From Lytechinus pictus (lineage: Eukaryota), in NCBI RefSeq assembly GCF_037042905.1, contig NC_087251.1:25670001-25734000 (forward strand): 64,000 bases of DNA, written 5' to 3'. The translations under genes and the position numbers were made by a program. The notes below the pieces were generated by a model. It did no database searches. It saw only the letters and a list, made by a program, of their open reading frames with translations, and was not told the DNA's origin. Positions 12,744-24,900 of this stretch are shown piece after piece (position 1 is the stretch's first letter; each line of letters starts with the position of its first letter).

Positions 12744-14925
12744 CCTCAGACAACTTACAAAATATTAGTACAAGTAACGCACTGCGCCAAGAACCCGGCC
12801 AAGAACCATACCTGGGGCATGCGCAAACTTTTCGCCAATCACGAGCACCGCCTAGAGTGGCGCCTCCCCTATTCTGATCCATCTGCAATCTCATTGGCTG
12901 AATGAAGACATGCATAAACCAGCATAGGGACACATTGCACCTGCCAATCAAAACATTTCAATTTTCTGCGTAAGCATGACAAGTCGATCGTGGATATATA
13001 TTACCCAGTAAAATTTACCGCAGATACAGTGGCATGCGCAAGGTCAGTTCCGAATTGCGAATAAAATATTTCTATTTTTTAATATTTGTTTTCTTTAGCA
13101 GATGAATGATGCGATGCTCTGAATCCAATTGCTGCCTCGCTATGGAAGACGCAAGCTGATTTCATACCTATCAATGTTGATCTATGCTTTTTTAAATAAT
13201 ACATTTTGCTTTATTCAGTTATACAATTATGTTTGAAAAATGGAATTGCATTACTTTGTCTCGTATAGTTTTTCAACGAAGTCATGGTCGTGCATGGGAT
13301 TCAGGGATTCTTTAAGGATTATCAGCGGATCGCAGCACTCTTATCTTCAAGACCATTCTGCTGCTTTCAGACGTTCCTATTCCTAAAAATAGAGAAAATA
13401 TTCAGTTTAAGGGACGCACTGGCACCATTAGATATCCAGGGGGTGGAAGTTCCCCCCTCCAAAAAAAAAATAATAATAATAATAAAATAAAAATAAATAA
13501 ATAGAAAAGAAGAAAAAAAAAAGCTTGGTCCACTGATAAATCATCTGAAAGGTGTAAAAAAACTTGTCTCAATTGAATGAGGGGAACAAAAACTTTACTC
13601 AAAGAAGAAAGGGAAAAAATTCATTTGCGTATCAACCCAAATAGGCAGCCCCCCCCCCCCCGGGTATCTGTCCCTAAATAAAATAACTAGGTCGATCGGT
13701 GTGCAGAACTGCATGTAATTGAATCTATAAGTTTTAAATTCAAACCTTATTGCTGATGATTTGCTGCCTCAGCTAATCTTCCCGCTAATTTATGAAGTGT
13801 GAATTTTTAGTGGCTTGAAAATATACGGTAGACATTCAGTTTTGAAATTTGCGAGTCAAGGGCGAATAGCCACTAAAGCTTCAGTCTCTGTACATTGGTT
13901 GTTCCATTGAACTACGTTGGCTATCTTCATCAATAGTAAAATGTCAGAAATTGTTTCAAAAATTCCAAGAAACGTGTATTCATTTCTGTCAAGACGGAAT
14001 AGGGGGGAATAGGGCTGCACATATATATGCGCAGCGTATGCGAAGCTTAGTGTATATTGAAAATACGGGGCGTTTTGATGTTCCTTCAATAGTTCCACGT
14101 ATTGGTCTTTATAATATCTCGTTAAAGCCGGGCGTTAAAGCTGAATATTTCTTCTTTTTATTTATGTAATCAGCTAGGCATATGAAATGTGCGATTTTCT
14201 ATTTTGTTTCAAAGCCTCTCAATTTTTACGAATCGTCATATTTAGATTGCTTATACTTTTATAGGGCCTCAACTCTCAAGCTTTGCGTATAATTTATTAG
14301 GCCTACAATTGATTTTCCTCTGAGGATTCCATATCAAACCAAATCACCGATCTGTCTTCCTTTGCATATTTTATTAATTGCCAAAATAAAATGAACTTTT
14401 ATAAGAACTGGTTTGGAGTCCCCCCCCCCCCCCCCCCCCCTCCGTTTGGACATGTATAGCTAGCTAGGTTAAGGTTGCTAGTAGGGGTTAGTCGCATTCA
14501 CTGAACCTGCTGTGCGGTCGTTCCAGATTCGATTAGGCATTAGATATTGAGATTTTAGTGTAGTGTAGGTGAGTAGGTTTTTTTCTTTGTTTTATTTTAT
14601 TTTTAATGATTATATACCCGGTACCCGGTATACGGTATAAATTTACAATTAGATCTATAAATAATTAATCGGAACCCGATAATTTTACTCTAGCCCGATG
14701 TGATCATATTCACGTGTGGTTTGAACCCAACATTACACAACTGTCATTCAACGTAGGCCTACCTCGTTCGTAGGATGAGTGGTACGAGTTCAGTTTATTA
14801 ATTCAATATTTCAATTCAACATTTATTTCCAAAGATAAATACAAAATTACAATTTCAAAAATTTAACAATGCAATGGAGGTAACAACTATGTAAGCAGTG
14901 TTTTTGACATGTGCACTGTCTATAC

Positions 14926-15372
14926 TAGACAGCTGGCAGCCGTCTGTTTCGAGGAGTTTTTTTTACTTTTTTTTTTTTTTAATTTCTCCTCGTACACAGA
15001 CGGCTCGCTAGCGTGCAGCCACCATTAGGGGACTTGCAATGCAAAATCCCCCCGTCGGGGCTCTTCAATTTTTGTCTTTAATGAATAAAAATTTTGAAAA
15101 TTAACGCGACCAAAATGCAAATTAATATTCCCTCTTGGCATTAATTGCCAAAAAATGGAGAAAAATCAAGTTAAAAGGAAAAAAAACAGTGACTTACCTC
15201 GGCTGTCGCGCAAATTCACTTCCCCGTTTTATCCGATCTTAAGTACATAAACATATGGCCATTGAGTCCCCTGTACAGATCGCGCTAGAACTTCGGTCTC
15301 TGTATTTGGTGAGTGAAGCCAACGGAGTTCAGCTGAACAACCAACATAACAGAGACCGAAGCTTTTGGTCTA
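14926..15372. mobile_element. Academ(H)-like non-autonomous DNA transposon
   Basis: Termini TAGAC...GTCTA with flanking direct repeat TGTCTATAC (14917-14925 and 15373-15381). Each end folds into its own hairpin. Confidence 0.6.
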
Positions 15373-15419
15373 TGTCTATACTAGACAAAGTCAAAGCTAT
15401 TTAATTAAGATCTAGGGCC

Positions 15420-15760
15420 TAAATGATAAAAAAAAATATCCATATTATTGTCAGGCATACATGGCATACAAACTCTAAATCTAACAAGGAACAAAAAAAA
15501 AACGAATCAAGGCAACTGTATATCAAATGAAACAGGAAATAAATCATCAAACCAATCAACCCAGGCACAACTGTACTAGTCATGCTAGTGTAACTAAGCA
15601 AATCTCTCAATTTAGGGACCGGATGTAAGTTTTGTCTTAAATCAATTTAAAGATGGTGAATTTCTGATGTCTTTAAATTGTTCCACTTTTTTTGACATAT
15701 AAAACGAATATTATGTTGATAAGAAAGCGTTCTGTGTCTTGGGAAATGAATTGATGAAGT
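15420..15760 (-). mobile_element. Decayed 3' end of a CR1/L2-group LINE
   Basis: Minus strand reads PRHRTLSYQHNIRFICQKKWNNL..DIRNSPSLN*FKTK, resembling the conserved WNxL...SL..FK ORF2 tail. Confidence 0.4.
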
Positions 15761-16230
15761 TAGCAACCACTGATGGGCCATCACCTGAGCTGAATAATGA
15801 TTTTCTAACAACACATAAAGACATAGGCCCTAGTCCAACAATTCTTTGATATATCACTTTTATCTCAATATATACAAAATTTGATTAATTAATGATCTGC
15901 TTTTCATTATTTTCTTGGGAACTTTTTGTATGCACCACCAGTGAATGAAGCTACTTTAAGGCAAGACAGGCAGACCAAGCATGAAGATGAGTGCTCAAAT
16001 AAAAAAAAACATATTTTTGTCAACTGAGGCAAAATATTGGTGGCAATTGAAAAAGGTAGCCCCAAAACTCTCACTATATTAGCAAATATCATAATGCCCA
16101 GCATGCAGCGATCCTCAAATTCTTTATCGCTACTGCTAGATAATTTCTGCAATTCTGCGGGTTGTAAAATTGATAAAATTCAGTTCAAGTAAGACCTGGC
16201 AAAAAAGAATTTCAACAATATATATATATT

Positions 16231-17500
16231 ACATAGGTTATGTAGATTCGAAACAGTGATAGGTCAATACGCCATCACTTGACCATAGCTGCAAGGATCG
16301 CATTTGTTATATTCTGGGTTTTGATGTCACCTCAGTAAATATAATTGCGTTGTATGGTCAATTGCGGCGTTATATTCACTAAGGTGACGTCACTCGCTGC
16401 TCAGTGCTTACAAGTTGCGTAATCAGGTAGTTTGATGTACGCGCTAGTTTTAACGCGTCGATTGCATGAAGAACGCGCTTGATGTATTTTCAAAATATTT
16501 TCTATTATGACGTAGATGGATCAGAGCTGTAGCAAGAATTTCGGGTTGATCAGAGAGCGAGAATGATGATAAATGCAATCTCTGATAGTCTGATGGCGAA
16601 TCCACATAGACTATATAATATAACAGATATTGCCTGGTCTATCGTTTTAATAAATAACATTTCAACTCCCCTCCGAAGCTATATTTTTCCCTCAGCGCTG
16701 CGTGCTTCAGGCAAAATATAATCCCTTGGGAAAAATATAACTCCGTCGGGGAGAGGAAATGTTATATTCAAACTCTAGGTAGGCAATATCTGTATAATAA
16801 CAAAATGGTGCTGATGATAATGCTTTGATTGCCAATAAAGTTTTTATTATTCACTCGAATTTTCGATGGTCCTCCATCTTCTTCAGAAGTTTATTTATAT
16901 TGAAATTCACTTTTTCCATGTCTTACTTGAACTGAATTTTAATAATAGAATTGGCATCTAAAAGTTTTTATGACTGACTGTGATATTGCCCAAATACATA
17001 CAATTTATTTAACTTAATTTCTGATTATAAGCATTAAAAATGTTTTCACCCTACAGGGTTCACTTCTGAGGACTAGGATATTGTATATTACATACATGTA
17101 GGTTATGTAGATTCAAATCAGTGATAGGTCAATATGCCATGTTAGAGCCAGATGATGAATGCATTATCTGATGGCATGAAGAATGCGCTTGCTGTATTTT
17201 TCCAAATTTTTTCTATTATGGCATAGATGGATCAGAGCTGCAGCAAGCATTTTGAGTTTAATAATCATAGAACCAGATAATGTATGCAGTATCTGATGAC
17301 AAATCTTCATAGAATACATCATACAACAGATATTGCCTGGTCTATCTTTTTAATAATAATTTACTATCCCCGTTTAAGCTATATTTTTCCCTTAGCGCTG
17401 CACGCTTCGGGCAGAATATAATTCTTTGGGAAAAATATAACTCCGTCGGGGAAATGAAATGTAATTATTTAAAAACTCTAGGTAGGCAATATCTGTATAT
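16231..17500. repeat. Two related copies (16231-16798, ~17094-17500) of an element ending in a ~170-bp palindrome
   Basis: Both begin taggttatgtagattc.aa.cagtgataggtcaata.gccat and end ACAGATATTGCCT...AGGCAATATCTGT. Confidence 0.75.
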
Positions 17501-17690
17501 TATTATGACATTCTACTTGGATAAGTGGAACATGCAGCAAGTGAATCAAACTTGAAGGACTGCATTAAAGTTAGAACAGTGATCAATTTGCACTGCATAG
17601 TCACCTTATCATTAGTTTAAAAAACAAGTAGACTGATCTTTTTTTCTTATGATTTCCTTTTCATACAGAATGGATATTGAAAGAGAATAG

Positions 17691-18005
17691 ATGATGGCCA
17701 GACACAGCAAGCTACAGCTCCAAGTCCTACAGCTGTACAAAACCTTCCTCCGGGTGGCGGAAAACAAACCAGGCGTGAAGGCTCAGATACAGTACGAATT
17801 CAGGAAGGGTGCCAAGATGCCCCGCACTGACCTAATGCGGATAGAATATGTGGTACGGCGAGCAGAGAGACAGCTTAAGATGCTTCAGACTGGGAGTGTA
17901 GATCGAGCCGGAACATTTACAAATGAGAACGAAGATACAAGCAGTGGCATTGTGGGCGACTCAAGAAGTAACAGTGGTAGATCAAGATCAGATTCAGATA
18001 GGTGA
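17691..18005 (+). CDS. SDHAF1: Succinate dehydrogenase assembly factor 1 (LYR-motif protein)
   Basis: MARHSKLQLQVLQLYKTFLR..KPG....IQYEFR....PRTDLMRIEY..RR..RQL closely follows SDHAF1/LYRM8. A splice acceptor tttcatacag at ~17668 implies an upstream non-coding exon. Confidence 0.93.
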   Translation: MMARHSKLQLQVLQLYKTFLRVAENKPGVKAQIQYEFRKGAKMPRTDLMRIEYVVRRAERQLKMLQTGSVDRAGTFTNENEDTSSGIVGDSRSNSGRSRSDSDR

Positions 18006-21000
18006 CCTATGATGTCGCTGATGAGTTTCTCTATAAGGACTCAGAAGAGCAGAAGTTAACAAATGATAAAGGAAATACAAGCTTCAAAGTTTGTAGTGAC
18101 TTGTTAGCATAAATTAGCTTTCACAGACAATGTGGTTTTTATTTGGGCTTTGAGGAGCAGAACTTACCAAATGAGAAAGAAAGTACAGTTGGAAGTAGTG
18201 ATCTAAAAAAGCATGATTAGATTCAGAGAGGTGACTGATGTAGTCAATGTGCTTTTTAGTTATGACTCCAAGGAGCAGGAGTTTGCGAATGAGAAAGGGG
18301 GTCACAATTTGGAGTGATTTTTAAAATGCATATTAGATTCAAATAAGAGACCAATGGTGCGGTCCAACTACTCCATTGTGAGGCAAAAGGATTGGACTGT
18401 GTGGGATCATTTCACATTGGAATGTTATCCATTGTTCACAGGAGAGTGTTACCTGATGAGAAAGGATCACACACAACTGTAGTACTGTACTCTCTTTGTG
18501 CCTAATTTTCTCTTCTTTGCAAAGTGGAATACACATAAACTGGTTGAATGGGAACATGAAATGAGTTTGTACTGATTGGTTGATTTGAGCTGGACTATAC
18601 TTTTTAAAAAATGATGCGGAATTTCTTTTAATGATGAATATGTAATCTTTTATTTTTTTCATTTCAAAGATTAAATGTTTTTTCACCTACATTTCCAGAA
18701 TGTATTTTTGTTTTTATCTTTTTGGTGACGGTGATATTGTCTAGTTATTATTAAAATCTTAACATGCCACATTAATCTGTATTAAAAAAAGATAAATTTC
18801 TTTTTGATCTCCAAGATACCATCAAGCCTTGATTGATGTGAATGATTAGAAATTAGTTCACAGACACGATACAAGTATTGTTGTTTTCCAAAGCCTGTAC
18901 TGCCAGCATTAACCACTAATTTCAGCCCAACTCCTCCATATTTTTGTGATTGCATTGCGGCCACTGTGATTTTCAGATTTTTTTCCCTGAAGTCTTGTGC
19001 ACATTTAGATACCACATTTGTCCATATCAGAAGTTCCTAGGGGGTGTTATATGCAGATTAGTATGCACATGCCATTAAAAGTGCTAATTGTTGCTTATAT
19101 TTGTGTAGTAATGTGTATAGTATAGTCATTTACGGTTCATAGACAATGGCTTGTATAATTTCTTTATGCATTTTGCTCAGGAATTGGTGTTGCACTTGGC
19201 TTATGCCTAGTTCTATTTTGTTCTGAGATAAACTGGGCAAAAATAAAAAAACAATGGTTTGTACGTAAAAAAACTACTCACACACACACCCTCCCTTCTA
19301 ATTTATTATTTCAATCACTAATCCATGTAATTCCTCCTATATTGAGTAATATTTCTACACTCTGTCCCTCTACTCCCTTCTCTCTGCTTGTCTCTGTTTG
19401 CATTCACTATTTCAACCCTTTCCTCCGTATGAATCTTCCCAAACTTTCTTTCTCAAACCACTAAAATTGTCCCATTTTCTCGCTTCCATCCATATGATGA
19501 TCTTTCCTCTCATCCCCCTTCATGAATTTTCCAGTCATTCATGTTTCTAAGTCATGAATTTCAAATTTATTCTTTAATTGATTTAAATAATAATGAAACA
19601 AATTGATCCCCCACTCCTCACACCCATGTTATCTCAAATGCCCTCTTGCATATTTCACCTCCTTTCCTGTTCATTGTGGATGTTGCATTGTAAACTTCAG
19701 TATTCCTTCACCTCATTAAATAAATATATTTTCTCACCAGATTGATGCTGAGGCCCGTAACACAAAGCTTAGCAATCATCGTCTTTTTATGATTGATTGC
19801 ATCGACTACATTCGTGAATTCAAGCATACAATTAGTCGCCAACCTTTGTGTTGCGGAACCCTGGTCTTCATGTAAAAAATAACTCTAGCTCAGTCACATT
19901 CAAGTTATCATATGAGTGTCGTTCTTCCTTGTCAAACAATCTCTCATAATCCCATATCCTTTCTCTATGACAACCCTTCTGTATTATTTTCACTTCCTCG
20001 ACCCCCTCCATTTCTCTCTTCTACCCCTCCCCCTTGTGCTTCAGGGACTTTCACACTTGGTCATGCAAATATTTTTTCCTATTATCCTTCCAATATACTT
20101 TGTGTAGATTCTGATTTATCAGATGAAAAGATAGATGTGATTGTCACATCAAGGAATTCCATTCAGCAACAGATCGTTCATATTCCTTGACAAATTGCCC
20201 CCCCCCCACCCTTTGCAAAATGAAAAGTGAACTAAAATTACTTGTACATGAGCCGAATGCATTTAGCTATCCACAAATGTTCAAATGTTGCTGGTTTCAC
20301 TTCTTTTTGCATAACCATAGATAGATAGGATCCCATATTCTGAAGTCTGGTTAAACCACTAACTGCTAAAATTACGGGAATCAAAAAATGTAAAACTATT
20401 TTTCAGTGTATACTGAATTATGTTTACTGTGCTCCTTCCTCCTGCTATAATAGTGAAAACTATTTTAGTTATTGCCCCTAGATGGTTGTGAATGATTTCA
20501 TTTCAAATAAATTGATAAACTGCACCTGTACAATTCAAAATTTGTGCCACAATTGGCTATCAATAGTTAAACCACAACTTTAGACAAAGTTTAGATCAAA
20601 TCTGAGTTCAGAATTTAGAATACAGGCCATTTTGTTTTATTTAAATTTGGAGAGGTTCAAAATTATTAATAAATGTACCTTCATAAGCTTTGGACGATAT
20701 GAATAATTTGTTACAAGTTTAAATCCCATGGCCCATCTTCATGTACTGTTCAAGAAATGGACCAAGGGTTCGGATAAGACATCTTATCTATTATGCATAT
20801 GAGGTGAAATTAGAGACAGCCATGTCATTGTTATGCAGATAATTACCAATACGTACAATCAGTGTACACCAAACTTCGGTTTAACTTTCACTTTTCAAAT
20901 TTCAGAAAAATGCAAAGAACTGCAATTTTCGAAAGGAATGAATACAATAATTGTTGTATTTTGGCATTTTCTATGTGGACACTTGGGTAGCTAGGGTATT

Positions 21001-21986
21001 ATCACCGCACAGATTCAGTTAAGTAGCAGGTGCTATTTGTCACATAATTCTTTAGTTATGATTGGCTGAGAAGCTCTGATCTCTCAGTGCTCTGCAAGTA
21101 TGGTGAATGCCAGAACCTATTTTTTTCAGAACCTATCAAAAATGTTGTTTGTTTGAAACTTTTTTACTGTGGCTGAGTTTATTCTACATGAAAATAAATG
21201 ACCAAACAAAGCAGTGAAATCATTAGAGGCTGTATTTTAATACAAAATAGTCACACACTGTCACTTATCAAATTCCCAATTCATATGGAACACGATTGCA
21301 TAACAAATACAAGAAATATCAGTAAACTGAAGATCAATGCTTGAAATGAAACAGGTGAATATGACAGACACCGGGGGAGGGGGGGGGGGGGGGCATGCTC
21401 ATACATATATTTAAAAAAATGGTCCCTCAAAAGTAACATTCTTTGATCTCAGAGTACCCTAAAATGATTAACATTCATGATAGGGTTGAAAAGTATGCAA
21501 TTTCCCCACTGATATTTTTTTGCAAATTTTGATACCACATCGCCATTGTCAACAGTCTGGTGACATGCGTGTATACTGCTTGATACGATGAAATAGATTA
21601 TTCTGATATGTTACTGGTATTCCTGTTTCCATGGGAGTTCCCAGATATGCTATCTACATGAAAAGTTTTCTTGAGGACATATCTCCCAAAGAGCTCTCTA
21701 TAAATAAAAAGTCTGCAAACGATGCCTTACTCAAACATTCTCAACTTCAAAGACAACTATGCAAAAGACAACTCAAAAACTGGGATGGTATGATCAAACT
21801 ATGGAGCTTTAATTTGAAGTCAATGAATCAAGCATTCTTCTCTGTTCAGAATTCATCAGCTGACTCTTTGTACATGAATCAGCATATGATAAGAATTGCT
21901 GGTGGTCTCCATAAAAAAAATAATTTAGATGCTCTGTAACTAGATTTCCTCCTTTAGAATGTCTTCACACAGAGCAGAAATGGCTA

Positions 21987-24900
21987 TCATCTCTTAGCTT
22001 CCTTGATTGTTTCCTTTGTTTTTTCTGATATGTTTCTGAATTCCTCTGGAGAAAGACCGGTGAGCTCACAGCTGATGTCCCACAGCTTCGCTGCAGCCTC
22101 ATCGTCCTTGCCACTGGCATCGCATTCAGACTTCTTACAGTCTCTGTGAATAAAAATATAAAGAACAAGATAAGATAAGACTGCTTTAACAACTGAAGGC
22201 TATTCAAACCACATAACTAGTTACTAGATCATAGTTAGCCAGTACACATCCTGATATAATAATTCCCTTAAGGTTGAGAAAATAAATATGTTCAAGACCT
22301 CTTTGAGGAAAATACTCTGCATTTTGTTTGCAGATATAAGCTTGAATAACAACACAGGGTAAAATTGGTCAATACTAGGTGATTTTCTTTTCCTTTTGTA
22401 TATATTCACAGGCTATTTCCAGTATACAAGCAATTCCGATTAGATTTCACGTGTGGCAAGCCAGATAAAGAGTCAGTTCAGTCAGTAAATTCTTAAACAT
22501 AAAATTACAAAGAAAAAATACCAGCTCTTTGGGTAAACCTGAAAAACTCGCCTGAAATATTGTCCGGACACTTTTTCCAGCTCCGGATCCACTGCACAAT
22601 AGATGGATGTTTGTGCCCCTTGTTCCGGAGACTTCACAAAGAGCCAGAATATTGGGCCTAGGATAGCCATAGAGAACCCAGACTGGTGCATGCCTGTATG
22701 TTTACCAATGTTGGTCTTTACTACACCCGGGTGGAGGACGTTTGCTGTTACACCAGTGCCTAGAAGTTAAAGAAAAAAGATAAGTTTGGATCATATGTTA
22801 CAGGGTAATGAGTTACACGTTAAGAAATGACTGGGTAAAGTAAACACAGAGCTGCCAAGTTGTATTTTGCATTTTCAGTATTCTTATCCCCCAAAATCAG
22901 TATTTTGACAAAAAAAATCAGTATTTTTACCGTGTGAGATAAATATGCAGACCTGCCAACCTCTGGGAATGAAAAACTGTATTCTGTGATTTTAAAAAAT
23001 GTATTTTTCCCAAAAAAAGTGTATTTCATAATAAAATGCTTGGCGCACTCGCTCATCACGGCGCTCAAGCTGCATGCAAGCTAAAATGCGCACTGCTCTT
23101 GCAGATGAAAAAAAACATTAAAACATGTGTATATCTTCACCCTGGTTTTAACAAAATGATTGAAAAAAAAAAAGTTACCTGAAATTACATTGAACTAATA
23201 ACCATATTTGTGTACGTTTTATGAAATAGAGACATAAAGAGATTATTTTTCTCAATAAATTACGATTTAGTATTAAAAAAAACGTATTTTTCAAAGAAAA
23301 AACGTAGTGCCGTATTTTGGTTGCAAAAACGTACTAAATACGGCTAGAACGTACTGGTTGGCTGGTCTGTAATCACTTAAAAAGGAGTAAATGACTAACT
23401 ACACATTACTATTTTTTGCTATTTGCCTACTATATAGTTTAGAATTGCATGAGCACAGATTTTAAATCCATCCATAAACAATTATTTTATGAAAGTTAAA
23501 CCTTGCTCTGTTATTGTGATTTCATGACATTTTTTATACCCTGTTCCATTAATGTAATCACTATCCTACACACAAATTGAGAAATGTGACAAACATCCTC
23601 TTTTTGGAGGGAAGGACCCGAAATGTGACATGCACCTTCATCTGCAAAAGCAGCATTTTTCACACATGTTGGTGAAGAAAATATACAGCAATGAAGTTCA
23701 ATGACACCCCCCAACAAAATAATAATAGTAATTAAATAAATAACTGAATGAATAAGTAAATACATAAATAAATGAATAAATAAATGAATAAAAATTAAAT
23801 AAGTGATTAATTAAAAAAAATACAAACACAAACAGCCGTAAACTATTTAACTTAAATATGGCAGAATTTATTTCATCAAAGAGAGAGTATGTGAGTTACC
23901 TTCTAGTCGTTTGTTTAACTCCCTTGTAAAGAGAACATTGGCAAGCTTGCTGTTTGAGTAGGCTTCTGCCGAGTTGTAACGCTGCTCACTGTTGATGTCC
24001 TCAAAGTTTATCTTGCCCACTTTATGAGCCACCGAAGACACATTGATGATTCTGCTTGGTGCTGATGACTTTAATTTATCCAGTAGCAGATTTGTCAGAT
24101 AAAAATGACCTAAATATATAAATACAAAAGAAAATGGCAATGAGAATAAAAATGGCTCCAGAAACAAAACCTTTATTTTCACATGTATCCCATTTGTTTA
24201 CTACCAAAAGATATATTTTTTCTTGGTGCAATTTGTAAGCAAACATATGGCCATGTGTGTTGAACTCACCCCATCTGTGTTACGTCCCCCAAATCTAATG
24301 ATAGCGCAACAATTGGTATAAAAAGATCATAACTTTGAAAATATTCACCCTATCCATACAAAAGTATACTTTTTCTTTGCCCATACCATTAATTAGTTAT
24401 CAGATTTGTACTGCTCATGAAATTCCCTTTCAAGTGATATATAACTTAAGGGGATTCAATAATTTCATCAATATAATTTTGATATGCAAATTTATGTTAA
24501 TTTCAAATATAAAAACCCAACATTTTTAAACAGTTTTTACCTCAAATTTCTAATAAATCATAATTGATTAATAATAAGGGTCCAGCCCCTTGAAAACCAA
24601 AGTTGCACATGTTTAATACTATCAATCCCATAGAGTTGCATGTAATGTGTACCGCTTCCACCACCCCTCAACAACCCTTGTTTTAGTCATTGTATTGAGC
24701 AAATTACTCAAATTGATATACATATAAGCTTATATTTTCACCCCTAATACAGATTATAGTTATAATCAGCTTTCAAATGACACTAATTTCATAATATTAC
24801 ATCTCCATTCCGCTGAAAAATCATGTCATAAATTTCATGTACTAGGTGGGAAATTAATATACCCCCTTCTGTCTCCTCTAATTTTAGATTATAATTTCAC

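Noticed and set aside
12000..12951. Cluster of 67-155 aa ORFs
   Set aside because: They run through MITEs, a microsatellite and G/C homopolymers; no protein motifs.
21965..22207. 80-aa ORF as the RDH13 last exon
   Set aside because: Wrong frame; the homologous frame is [21 protein letters not shown].
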